Source: Myxococcota bacterium
GTDB lineage: Bacteria > Myxococcota > UBA4151
NCBI GenBank assembly: GCA_040260805.1
Contig: JBDQPD010000001.1
Location: forward strand, 9,048-73,047
DNA length: 64,000 nucleotides
Direction: 5' to 3'
The translations under genes were made by a program, and so were the position numbers. This document shows, in pieces, positions 17,363 to 26,065 of this stretch. Every line of letters starts with the position of its first letter. Position 1 is the stretch's first letter. The notes beneath the pieces were generated by a model, which searched no databases, was not told the origin of the DNA, and saw nothing but the letters and a program-made list of their open reading frames with translations.

Positions 17363-20300
17363 ATGCGTTATCTTTCAGCGCTGCTCATCTTAGCGGTGGG
17401 TTGCCTTCCAGCGATGCCTGATCAGCCGACACTTGATGTCGGGGTTGTCGTGGTCGCACCCGATGCAGGTCGAACCACGGCGCCTCCTCCACCTCCCCCT
17501 GATGCGGGCCCTCGAGATATTGGCTTTGGTGAGCTCAGTGTGATTGGGCTAACGCCGGACAAGGGCCCGTCGACGGGCGGAACAAGAGTTCAGCTGCGCG
17601 GCGAAGGGTTTTTACCCGACACCGTGGTCGAGCTTGGAGGGCTTGCGGTTCGCGATGTCTTAGTGGTGTCGTCTCGAGCTCTGACCTTTTTTACCCCAGC
17701 GGCAGCGCCTGGGGCGGCCGACTTGAGAGTTCAAAACTCGTTCGGAACGGCCGTACTAAGCAACGCATTCACCTACTTCCAGCCTCTGCAGCCTCGGCAA
17801 ATTGATCCCTCAGAAGGACCGCTCGAGGGGGGTGTTGAGATCCGGCTAACCGGCGAGGGGTTGTCGGTTGATACGGTCGCTTTGATCGGTGGTCAGCCCT
17901 TGTTGCGACCGCGCATGGAGGGCGATGATCTTCTCGGGACCTTACCCGCTGGCGCAGCACCGGGCGTGGTCGATGTGCGCATCGCTGATGGTTTTGGTCA
18001 GGTGCACTGGCGCTCTGGGTTTCGCTATTTGCCGCGCCCTTACCTCGAGCGAATCGAGCCGAACCAAGCAGCGCCGAATCAAGAACAAGCGCTTCGTCTG
18101 CTGGGCGGCGGGCTCTGCGATGAGCCCGAGGTGCGCGTGGGCGGCGCTCAATGCCAAGACGTAGAGCGCACCACGCAGGGTCTGACCTGTTCGATGACGA
18201 CGCCAGCGCAGGAGGCAGCCTACGCCGTTCGGGTCATCTGTCCGGGCGGCTCCGCTGAACTGGTGCCGGGCTTGGTGGTCGTTGCCGACCAAGGCCCCCC
18301 CGTATTGCTCGCAGTAGTCCCTGACCATGGCCCTTTATCAGGCGGTAATTCGGTGACCTTGATCGGCCGTGATTTAAGCGTCGATGATGTGTCTTGGGAC
18401 GGACAAGCGATCGCCGTGCTTGAGCGGGTTGACAACGGCCTCTTGGTCCAGGCGCCGGCTCGGCAAGCGGCCGGCTCGGTGTCGGTAGCGGCGGGCGCAG
18501 GCGGCACGTTAGAAAATGCCTACAGCTATCGCGACTTGATGATGCTCCGAGGTGTGGAGCCGGTTCAGGGGCCAGCGACCGGGGGTACCACCGTGACCCT
18601 CTTTGGTCAGGGCTTTTGCGCCGAACCTGAGGTCCGCTTTGACGGCATTGAACAAGAGATACTCGAGGTTGATGGTCGCCAGATTCGCTTGCGCACCGCT
18701 GAACATCCTGGGGGCAGGGCAAGCATCGCAGTGGTCTGCCCGGAGCAGACGGCGAGCCGACATCGAGGGTTCTTGTTTGAGGCGGCCTTGGAGTTTGTCG
18801 GGCTCAGCCCAAACCGCGGCGCTTTAGCAGGGGGAACCGAGGTCTACCTGGTCGGTCAAGGCTTCGCTCGCTCGGGATTGGGCCTGACGCTGGGTGGTCA
18901 GCTGTTCTCTGATGTAACCGTCCTCTCGGATGCGCTCGTTCGGGCTCAGACTCCGCCGGGACAAAGCTTAGGCGCAGTCGATTTGCGTTTGAGTTTAGGT
19001 CAAGAGCAAATCGTCGCTCCAAGCGCCTTTACCTATTATGATCCTGGTTTTCGTTATGGCGGGAGCCGGGGCGGGACCCCTCAAGGTTCGATTAACGTGA
19101 CGGTGCTCAACTCTTGGGGCCAGCTGGCGCCGGTTGAGGGAGCGCAAGTGGTCGTAGGCGGCAGCCAGGATGATCAGCGCTTGGTGGCGGTGACCGACGC
19201 TCGCGGCCAAGCCACGCTCAGCGACCCAAGCCTGTTTGGTCCCCAGACGGTCACGGTCTACAAAGAGGGCTGCGACCGGGCGCGTAGCTTGGTCGACGTT
19301 GACGCTGCTGATCTGACCTTTTGGATTGGTTGCATGGGGCCGCCGAGCGAGGGCGGAGGGGGTGGCACGCCGCCGCCAGCGCCTCAGCCCTTGATTATTT
19401 CGGGACGAATTCTCGGCTTCGATAAGGCGCTTTTTGATCCGGGTCGTCTCGGTCCAAACCAAAGAGCGTTCGCTCAGGTTCATCTAACCCAAAGCTCTCC
19501 TTATGGTGGCGGAACATGGGCTAACGGACGGGACTTTGTCTTTGAAGATGGTGGAGAATACCGGCTGGTTTTAGCCTCGGGTCGTTACACACTGGTCGCA
19601 GTCGCTGGGATTCATGACAGCCGGACTCAGCAGGTGAGCGAGCTGACGCAGCTTGGCTTTAGGCGTCAGGTCAGCGGTCCGCCGGGTGAGCGGTTAGTCG
19701 ATCAAGACATTGTGCTCAACTATCCCATGGACGCCACCTATGGCGTGAGCCTGGGTGATCGTCCTGCGCCGCTTCCGTCGTTACCCGGGGCTGACCGGAT
19801 GAGGGTTCGTGTTGCGCTCGACTTTGGCGGTGAGGGGTATTTCCCCTTAGCCGACGAGATGTCTCGGGGGACTTTTATCCTCCTGCGTGGCTTGCCACGG
19901 GTTCAGGCTGATATGCTGTATGTGAGCGGTGGTTTGGTCAGCGGTGAGGGTGGCTATTCACCATCGTCAACGATCCGAACCCGGGGCAGCGGTCGCTTAG
20001 AGGGGGGCATCACGCTTGGGCCGTTATTGCCCCTAGCGGAGCGCTTAGCGCCACGAAGCGACGGTGGACTTTTGCACGATCGGACGCTGCGGTGGAAGTT
20101 CGGGACCGGACCGATTCAGCCTGATTATGTTCGAGTCGATATCGCCGACACGAACGGCAACAACTGGGAGTTGATGTTGCGCGGCGGACAAAATAAACTT
20201 CGCTTGCCCAACCTACCCAATAGCGAGGTCGGCTTAGGTCGCCCTGGGGTGTATTTCGCTCAGATCACAGCGGTCGCTAACCCGCGGTTTGACTTCGACA

Positions 20301-20377
20301 ACTTCAGCTATCTCGATACCTGGTTCATGAGCTGGCAAGCTCTGAGTGAACGAGCTGTTTCCTTCCGGCTCGACTAG
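17363..20377 (+). CDS. Large lipoprotein with tandem IPT/TIG domains
   Basis: Lipobox AVGC; Pro-rich/DAG linker; about six P..G...GG..V.L.G.GF repeats; beta-rich C-terminal half. Confidence 0.8.
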   Translation: MRYLSALLILAVGCLPAMPDQPTLDVGVVVVAPDAGRTTAPPPPPPDAGPRDIGFGELSVIGLTPDKGPSTGGTRVQLRGEGFLPDTVVELGGLAVRDVLVVSSRALTFFTPAAAPGAADLRVQNSFGTAVLSNAFTYFQPLQPRQIDPSEGPLEGGVEIRLTGEGLSVDTVALIGGQPLLRPRMEGDDLLGTLPAGAAPGVVDVRIADGFGQVHWRSGFRYLPRPYLERIEPNQAAPNQEQALRLLGGGLCDEPEVRVGGAQCQDVERTTQGLTCSMTTPAQEAAYAVRVICPGGSAELVPGLVVVADQGPPVLLAVVPDHGPLSGGNSVTLIGRDLSVDDVSWDGQAIAVLERVDNGLLVQAPARQAAGSVSVAAGAGGTLENAYSYRDLMMLRGVEPVQGPATGGTTVTLFGQGFCAEPEVRFDGIEQEILEVDGRQIRLRTAEHPGGRASIAVVCPEQTASRHRGFLFEAALEFVGLSPNRGALAGGTEVYLVGQGFARSGLGLTLGGQLFSDVTVLSDALVRAQTPPGQSLGAVDLRLSLGQEQIVAPSAFTYYDPGFRYGGSRGGTPQGSINVTVLNSWGQLAPVEGAQVVVGGSQDDQRLVAVTDARGQATLSDPSLFGPQTVTVYKEGCDRARSLVDVDAADLTFWIGCMGPPSEGGGGGTPPPAPQPLIISGRILGFDKALFDPGRLGPNQRAFAQVHLTQSSPYGGGTWANGRDFVFEDGGEYRLVLASGRYTLVAVAGIHDSRTQQVSELTQLGFRRQVSGPPGERLVDQDIVLNYPMDATYGVSLGDRPAPLPSLPGADRMRVRVALDFGGEGYFPLADEMSRGTFILLRGLPRVQADMLYVSGGLVSGEGGYSPSSTIRTRGSGRLEGGITLGPLLPLAERLAPRSDGGLLHDRTLRWKFGTGPIQPDYVRVDIADTNGNNWELMLRGGQNKLRLPNLPNSEVGLGRPGVYFAQITAVANPRFDFDNFSYLDTWFMSWQALSERAVSFRLD

Positions 20378-20381
20378 CTGG

Positions 20382-21296
20382 TTACTCGACCGAATCGATC
20401 CGACTCTGCGCGAGTTCGATGTAGGCCTCGTCGAGTTCAAACCCGAGATAATCACGCTCGCTAGCCTTAGCCGCTAGCCCGGTGGTCCCTGCGCCAAAGA
20501 AGGGGTCAAGGACCAGGTCACCTCGGTAGGTGTACAGCTCGATCAGTCGCTGTGGCAGCGCCACCGGAAAAGGCGCAGGATGACCCACGCGTTTGGCGCT
20601 TTCGGGCGCAATATCCCACACATCGAGGGTTGCGGCCATGAACTCTTCTTTAGAGATCGTGTCTTCAAAGGGTAGCCCCAGTTGCTCACGCTTCTTGCGA
20701 GATAATGCCCGGTCAAAGCGTCCCTTTGAGGCGATCACAACGCGCTCGGTCACGTCTCGTAACACCGGGTTAGCGGCGCTCTTGAAGGAGCCCCAAGCGC
20801 ATGACCCCGAGGCGCCAGCAGCCTTTCGCCACAGGACCTCTCCGCGCAACAACAAGCCGAGCTCGTCTTGTAAAATACGTGTCACATCGGCGCTTAGGCT
20901 GCGGTAGGGCTTGCGTCCTAAATTGGCTATATTGACCGCTATTCGCCCCCCCGGCTCGAGCACCCTGGCGCATTCGGCGAAGACGTCTCGCAGTAACTTT
21001 AAGTAGGCGAGATAGGTGGCGGGTACAGCGCCTTCTCCAAGCGCCATTTCATATTCTTTACCGACAAAATAAGGCGGCGAGGTGACGACTAGAGCCACCG
21101 AGTTATTCGCCAACGAGCTCATGTCTCGAGCGTCGCCGTGGATGATTTCATTGCGCCGAGTTGAGCGCTCAAGGTCTTGATCATCCGAGATCGTCGGCGC
21201 CGAAAAACGGGCGTAGAAGGCCGAGGCGTCGTGCCCTTCTCTCTTGCCGGTTCCAAAGTTTTTGGTGGCCGTACTGACGCGTTTGTTTTGGGTCAT
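20382..21296 (-). CDS. Amino-type (N4-C/N6-A) DNA methyltransferase, beta order, orphan
   Basis: Motif IV VTSPPY precedes HPAPFP and motif I DPFFGAGTT; start MTQNK follows an AGGA site. Confidence 0.92.
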   Translation of the reverse strand: MTQNKRVSTATKNFGTGKREGHDASAFYARFSAPTISDDQDLERSTRRNEIIHGDARDMSSLANNSVALVVTSPPYFVGKEYEMALGEGAVPATYLAYLKLLRDVFAECARVLEPGGRIAVNIANLGRKPYRSLSADVTRILQDELGLLLRGEVLWRKAAGASGSCAWGSFKSAANPVLRDVTERVVIASKGRFDRALSRKKREQLGLPFEDTISKEEFMAATLDVWDIAPESAKRVGHPAPFPVALPQRLIELYTYRGDLVLDPFFGAGTTGLAAKASERDYLGFELDEAYIELAQSRIDSVE

Positions 21297-21363
21297 CGGT
21301 GCTGTCCTGCCTGCATCATCGCTCGAGATCAACAATCGAGCGCATCAACACAGCGGGCAGTCA

Positions 21364-22209
21364 TCATAAGGGCGCGATTTCGTCATCACCGACTTGAATC
21401 GTGACGGGGCCAATCCCCAAGCTCACGCCGCCCTTTTCATGACGCTTTTCAACGCGCCCGATACGCCCGGCAAACAAGCCCACGGTAATCCGTACTCGGT
21501 CGCCCTCTTGGAATCGAGATTTCGCTGACTCTTGGCGCTCTGCTTTATGCTCGGCTAGGGCGCCGCATAGATCATTTTCAGCAGACCATTTAAGAGCCTT
21601 AAAAAGGGGATCAAGTCGCTCGAGGTCATGGCTTATCTTATCGACTAAGCCATCGTCGAATGTCTCGGCTCTCCACCAGACACACCAGCCTTTACCCAGT
21701 TCATTAGGTATTATCGATTCGGCAGGCTGCCCCTCGCTGCTGGGTGCTTCTACGTTGAGCTCGGCGTGCGCATCGCTCAGCGCTTGAAGCAGCGCCATGA
21801 GCGCCTTGTCACCTTCAAATGCACCAAGAAATGCATCTAAGTTGCGCCCGTCTAGCTTGGCTTTTCGGTGCAGGATCATACCCCAAGTCACGCCGCTTTG
21901 ATCGATCTGAACAAATCGACTCAGATGTTCGTGAAAGGGTAAAACATCCAAAGCGAAGGGGCTGTTTAGATCGATGGTCGCGCGCTGGCCGTCGGGTCGG
22001 ATGGCCTGCGAGAACAGCACCATGTTCTGAACTTGGCGCCGGTTCGCAAGACAAGGCTCGGCGGGTGTGCAGTCCCACTCACCGGTCAAGGTTTGAGCAA
22101 AACTCATCATCGCCTCGCGCAGCGCTCGACGATCAAGCGTATAGGCTGCGCTTCGTTGTTTACTGCGGGTAAACATCTCCACATGCTGCTGGCTTGGTTG
22201 CCAACTCAT
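21364..22209 (-). CDS. Hypothetical protein with C-terminal NusG-like KOW domain
   Basis: C-terminus FQEGDRVRITVGLFAGRIGRV; N-terminal domain not recognisable as NGN. Confidence 0.65.
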   Translation of the reverse strand: MSWQPSQQHVEMFTRSKQRSAAYTLDRRALREAMMSFAQTLTGEWDCTPAEPCLANRRQVQNMVLFSQAIRPDGQRATIDLNSPFALDVLPFHEHLSRFVQIDQSGVTWGMILHRKAKLDGRNLDAFLGAFEGDKALMALLQALSDAHAELNVEAPSSEGQPAESIIPNELGKGWCVWWRAETFDDGLVDKISHDLERLDPLFKALKWSAENDLCGALAEHKAERQESAKSRFQEGDRVRITVGLFAGRIGRVEKRHEKGGVSLGIGPVTIQVGDDEIAPL

Positions 22210-23606
22210 GGTCTCTCCGGTCCGCCATCTCGGTCCACTAAAGATTGAGGGAGGAGTTGGCTGTATTGTTCATACAGATCGCTGACATGCTCTGCATAGC
22301 GCGTCGCGACGAGGCCCTGACAAACACCGTGTCTGGCTTCTCGGTAAAATTCGCGCTGAGCCAGTAAGGGCAGGGTTAAACTGACCCCTTGGTCCCAAAG
22401 CTCCCGGTCTAGGCCGAGCCGGCCAGCGAGCACACGCGCATCATCAACATGTCCGTGACCCACATTATAAGACGACAGCGCGAGCATGCGTTGATCGTAA
22501 GGGCTGCTGGCATTGCGAAAGCGTCGCATTAAGCGCTTTAGGTAACGCGCCGCAGCCAGACTTGATTGTTTCGGGTCGCTGGGGTCCTCGAGTCCGATCG
22601 CTTTCGCGGTGGCCGGCATGAACTGGAACAAGCCTTGAGCGCCCACTTGGCTGGTCGCGTTGGGATCCTGCGCCGACTCAACCATCATCACGGCTGCGAG
22701 CAATCGCCAGTCGACGCCATAGATCGACCCAGCGCTTTTCAGGTCGTTGTCCCAGCGCGTGATGCGTTTCGCCAGGTCCGTTCGAACCCAGGGTCGTGAG
22801 CGCATTCGCATCTGCGTCGGCGCAGCGAAGTATCGAGCGTGCAAAGCTGCTCGGAGTCGTAACTTAAAATGACGCGCAAAGAAGGTCTTTAGCGCAAGCT
22901 GTAGTTGGGGCTTCGAGCGATGACTCCACCAGCTCACCGGGCGTGCGGCCCCCATGCCGTGAACAATCACAAAGCGGGGATCGACGATCACAAAGGCTTC
23001 GCCGTGTCGCCTGTTCACCGCGACCGCTTGTCCCGAGGCGCGACTTTTTTGCGTGAGACGTTGCAGCAACTCCCAGTCGTTTGATGCCTCAACGACAGCT
23101 TGCGTACACGGAGGTACACACCATCTGGTCAGATCTTCAACAGCGAGCGAGCCGGACCGAACATGAACCCGGCTTGGTGATTCGCCGCGCCGGCCAACCA
23201 CGACCGAATCCGTATGGCTGTAAGCCGGTGCTTGGATCCAGTCTGGGCCACCGCCCCAGGGCTCGGCCGGAATCCAGAGATCAACCTCTCCGCGCCGAAC
23301 CAGCGTTTCGAGTTGTTCGTCACTGTCGACAATCTGGATCGACAAACGACGGTCTAGATGTTTGGCGAAGCGAAGGGCTAAATCGTACTCAAAACCTCGG
23401 GGGCGACCTCGGTAAATGAAATAGTCAGGTAAACTCTTACGCAACGCCACCCGCAGCGCGTTGTCGGCTTCTTTGGGTTGGATCTCAGCCTGAGACGATG
23501 CGTCTGCCGCGGCTTTACTCTTTGAAACCGGATGCACTGATGGGGTGCAGGCTAAGGTTAGCAGGGCAAAGGCTAGAGCCAGGGTAGGCACAGCTTGCTT
23601 GCACAT
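22206..23606 (-). CDS. mltF: MltF-like lytic transglycosylase (SBP domain + SLT)
   Basis: YFIYRGRPRGFEYDLA; DWRLLAAVMMVES, GAQGLFQFMPATA, SYNVGHGHV; lipobox LAC. Confidence 0.88.
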   Translation of the reverse strand: MCKQAVPTLALAFALLTLACTPSVHPVSKSKAAADASSQAEIQPKEADNALRVALRKSLPDYFIYRGRPRGFEYDLALRFAKHLDRRLSIQIVDSDEQLETLVRRGEVDLWIPAEPWGGGPDWIQAPAYSHTDSVVVGRRGESPSRVHVRSGSLAVEDLTRWCVPPCTQAVVEASNDWELLQRLTQKSRASGQAVAVNRRHGEAFVIVDPRFVIVHGMGAARPVSWWSHRSKPQLQLALKTFFARHFKLRLRAALHARYFAAPTQMRMRSRPWVRTDLAKRITRWDNDLKSAGSIYGVDWRLLAAVMMVESAQDPNATSQVGAQGLFQFMPATAKAIGLEDPSDPKQSSLAAARYLKRLMRRFRNASSPYDQRMLALSSYNVGHGHVDDARVLAGRLGLDRELWDQGVSLTLPLLAQREFYREARHGVCQGLVATRYAEHVSDLYEQYSQLLPQSLVDRDGGPERP

Positions 23607-23629
23607 GTTAGCGCCTCCCCAGGAAAGCC

Positions 23630-25363
23630 ATGAAGATCTTCACTCAAACCCGCTGGCTACTCAATAGCATTGCAATGACAGCATGTGTTGTTGCTTGTGT
23701 GAGCGTTCCGCAGGCTTCGTCAACTTCGACGCCATCGTCTGATGCAGCGGTTGATACCCAGCCGGTGCAGGCTCCATCGTCCATCGCGCCTGATGTCGAC
23801 AGCAGTAAGCCGGCTCAACCGAGCGCGGAGCCGCCGGTTGAGATCGCGCCGGCGGTCGAGAAGAAGACCTTAGACCCGCGCTGGGCGAGTCTAATGCAAG
23901 GGGACCTCCAAACCTTGCTCGTCGAGCTTGACCAGGCTGACATTGCGACCTTGATGCTCTTAGTGGATCAGCCGATTAGCCCCGCTCAGCAGGCTGCTCA
24001 TTTACGACTCGCTATGGCTAAACTCCATGAGGGGGTGGCCATTGGACTTCCGCAAACGGTCCCCCCCGAGCTGTCGCAAGCGCTTGAGCGAACGCGTAAG
24101 CTGAGCAGTCAGCTCAACCAGTCCAGGCCGAGGCGCGTGGGTCTTTTGCTGCCTCAGGACCGAGCCTGGGGTAAGGTTCTCGATCAAGCGTTCCGGTTTG
24201 GTTTGGGTGAGTCGAGCGTTGAACTCTTTGCGGCGAGCTCTGAGGACCCCGAAGCGGGTATGCGCCAGTTGATTTTGGAACATGGCGTGAGTTTGGTGAT
24301 TTGCGGCCCCTTCTTGAAGAGGGCGCATCGGGCGGCGGTCGTTGCCCAGTTGTTTAATGTCCCGATGATCAGTTTGGCGCGGGAGCCTGGGCTCGCTGAG
24401 CTTGGCGACGCCATTTTCCAAGTGGGGCTAACCAATGAAGCACAGATCGATCGGTTGGTCGCTGGTGCGATGGAATTGCGCGGCTACAAAAGCTTTGCGG
24501 TTTTGTTTCCTCGAACCGCATCGGGGTGGTCGGCGCTCGAGCGATTTACTGCGCAGGTCGAGGCGCGCGGGGGGCAGGTGAGCAGAAGTCAGCCTTATCT
24601 CCGTGGAGAGACGAGCTTTACGCCTTTGATTACGAGCATGGTCGGGCGCGACGCCGCGGCTCTAAACGCCAACCCTAAATATCGTAAATGTGTTTCCGAG
24701 ATCGCCGAACATCTCAAGGGCCTTCGGCGTAAACGCCAGGTCGAGTCGTGTCGTGACCACACCCCCCCGAAGATAGATTTTGATGCCATCTTTGTACCTG
24801 ATTCAGTGACGACTGTGCGGCAGATTATGCCCTTCATTGAGCTTGCCGATATGGTCCCTAACCTCAACGAGCGCATGCTCTGGCGGACGCGGAAGGCGAC
24901 CTCAAATAAAGAGCTCATCGCAACCCCGATCCTCGGCATGCGTCAGCTCAACTCGATCTTCTTTGCCAGCCGAAGTCGAACCGATGTGGAAGGGAGTTTA
25001 TTCGTTGATGCCTATTACCCTTACGACAAGAGCAGGCCCCTTCCCGGCGCCTTTACTCGCGCCTTTCGAAAAGCGTTCTCACGTCCGCCGGATTTGCTTG
25101 AAACCTTAGCTTATGACTTAGGTCTGTTGGTCGCTCACTTAGACTCCAGAGAGCTTTTGAGCAGCCGTATGATCGTCAAGGGCGCCCTGTCGAAACTCAA
25201 GGATTTCGAGACGGTGACAGGACCTTGGACGATGGGTCCACAAGGCCAAGTGCAGCGACCGCTGTATCTATTGAGCATCCACAAGCGGCGGATCTTAACT
25301 GAATCCGACCGAGTTCAAGCCTTGACCCAAAAGAAGTCGAAAAAGCGCCGGCGAGGGCGTTAA
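23630..25363 (+). CDS. LpoA/LppC-like periplasmic binding-fold lipoprotein (putative PBP activator)
   Basis: Lipobox VVAC; VGLLLP, ICGP, FAVLFP, DFDAIFVPD, LAYD segments typical of the LppC domain. Confidence 0.7.
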   Translation: MKIFTQTRWLLNSIAMTACVVACVSVPQASSTSTPSSDAAVDTQPVQAPSSIAPDVDSSKPAQPSAEPPVEIAPAVEKKTLDPRWASLMQGDLQTLLVELDQADIATLMLLVDQPISPAQQAAHLRLAMAKLHEGVAIGLPQTVPPELSQALERTRKLSSQLNQSRPRRVGLLLPQDRAWGKVLDQAFRFGLGESSVELFAASSEDPEAGMRQLILEHGVSLVICGPFLKRAHRAAVVAQLFNVPMISLAREPGLAELGDAIFQVGLTNEAQIDRLVAGAMELRGYKSFAVLFPRTASGWSALERFTAQVEARGGQVSRSQPYLRGETSFTPLITSMVGRDAAALNANPKYRKCVSEIAEHLKGLRRKRQVESCRDHTPPKIDFDAIFVPDSVTTVRQIMPFIELADMVPNLNERMLWRTRKATSNKELIATPILGMRQLNSIFFASRSRTDVEGSLFVDAYYPYDKSRPLPGAFTRAFRKAFSRPPDLLETLAYDLGLLVAHLDSRELLSSRMIVKGALSKLKDFETVTGPWTMGPQGQVQRPLYLLSIHKRRILTESDRVQALTQKKSKKRRRGR

Positions 25364-25391
25364 AAAGATCAACCGGCCAAAAGACCGGTTA
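25362..25391 (-). terminator. Intrinsic terminator on the minus strand
   Basis: Minus strand reads TAACCGGTC-TTTT-GGCCGGTTG-ATCTTTTT. Confidence 0.65.
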
Positions 25392-25445
25392 ACCTAGGAA
25401 GGACAGGGGGAAGACTCGCCGACCACTCCCCCTCATCCTCTCTCT
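25362..25445 (-). ncRNA. Candidate small RNA of two hairpins
   Basis: Long stem GGAT-G-AGGGGGAG/CTTCCCCCT-GTCC, then the terminator; TTGACT and an AT-rich -10-like tract lie upstream. Confidence 0.4.
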
Positions 25446-25502
25446 ATATAAAGGGGCTTGCCCAGTCAACCCGCAGCGCGGGAAGTCCGGCATCAACAGG
25501 TC

Positions 25503-26033
25503 TTAAATGGGTGGGTCGGCATAGCCAATGATCGACTGCTCACCCGGACTTCCCCAAAGCATCACCTGCTCGTGGATTACCCATCCTTGCGTCATGCTCG
25601 TGGGCAGAGCGGCCTTGAGGCCATCATCGCTGCACTCGAGCAAGACCCCCATTCGGTCTGGCGAAAAATTAAAGCGGCCGCGTTGATTCGGCCAATCCAA
25701 GATCACGATCATCCCGGCTGTAGGCTTTACGCTCCCCTTGAGATGAAGTCGGTCTTGACGCTTTAAAAGATGGAGAAGGTTAGCATAGCGCCTGAAAAAA
25801 TAGGGGCTTTTCGGCGTATTCGCTGCTCCACCGATCTTTCGATAACCGCCGCTATCTGAGCGAAAGTCGAGGTTCATGATCGAGCGAAACGACTCTCCAG
25901 CCACGAAGGGAACGAGGTCGATTGGGCCAATCGGTCCTTGGCGCCAGTCCCAGTCGCTCGCAACCGATGCGCCAAGACAACGCTTAGCTCGGTCCAATAA
26001 AAGCTGCCTTTGCTTCCCAGTGTTGATAATCAT
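25503..26033 (-). CDS. DUF1287-like hypothetical protein
   Basis: DF..Y..P..RRYANL..GMIVILDW pattern recalls DUF1287; the resemblance is weak. Confidence 0.45.
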   Translation of the reverse strand: MIINTGKQRQLLLDRAKRCLGASVASDWDWRQGPIGPIDLVPFVAGESFRSIMNLDFRSDSGGYRKIGGAANTPKSPYFFRRYANLLHLLKRQDRLHLKGSVKPTAGMIVILDWPNQRGRFNFSPDRMGVLLECSDDGLKAALPTSMTQGWVIHEQVMLWGSPGEQSIIGYADPPI

Positions 26034-26065
26034 CGCTAAGGATTCGCCGGTCGAAAGGTGTCGGC

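Noticed and set aside
20382..22209. Type II restriction-modification pair
   Set aside because: No PD-(D/E)xK, HNH or GIY-YIG motif is recognisable in the neighbour; kept only as an open hypothesis.
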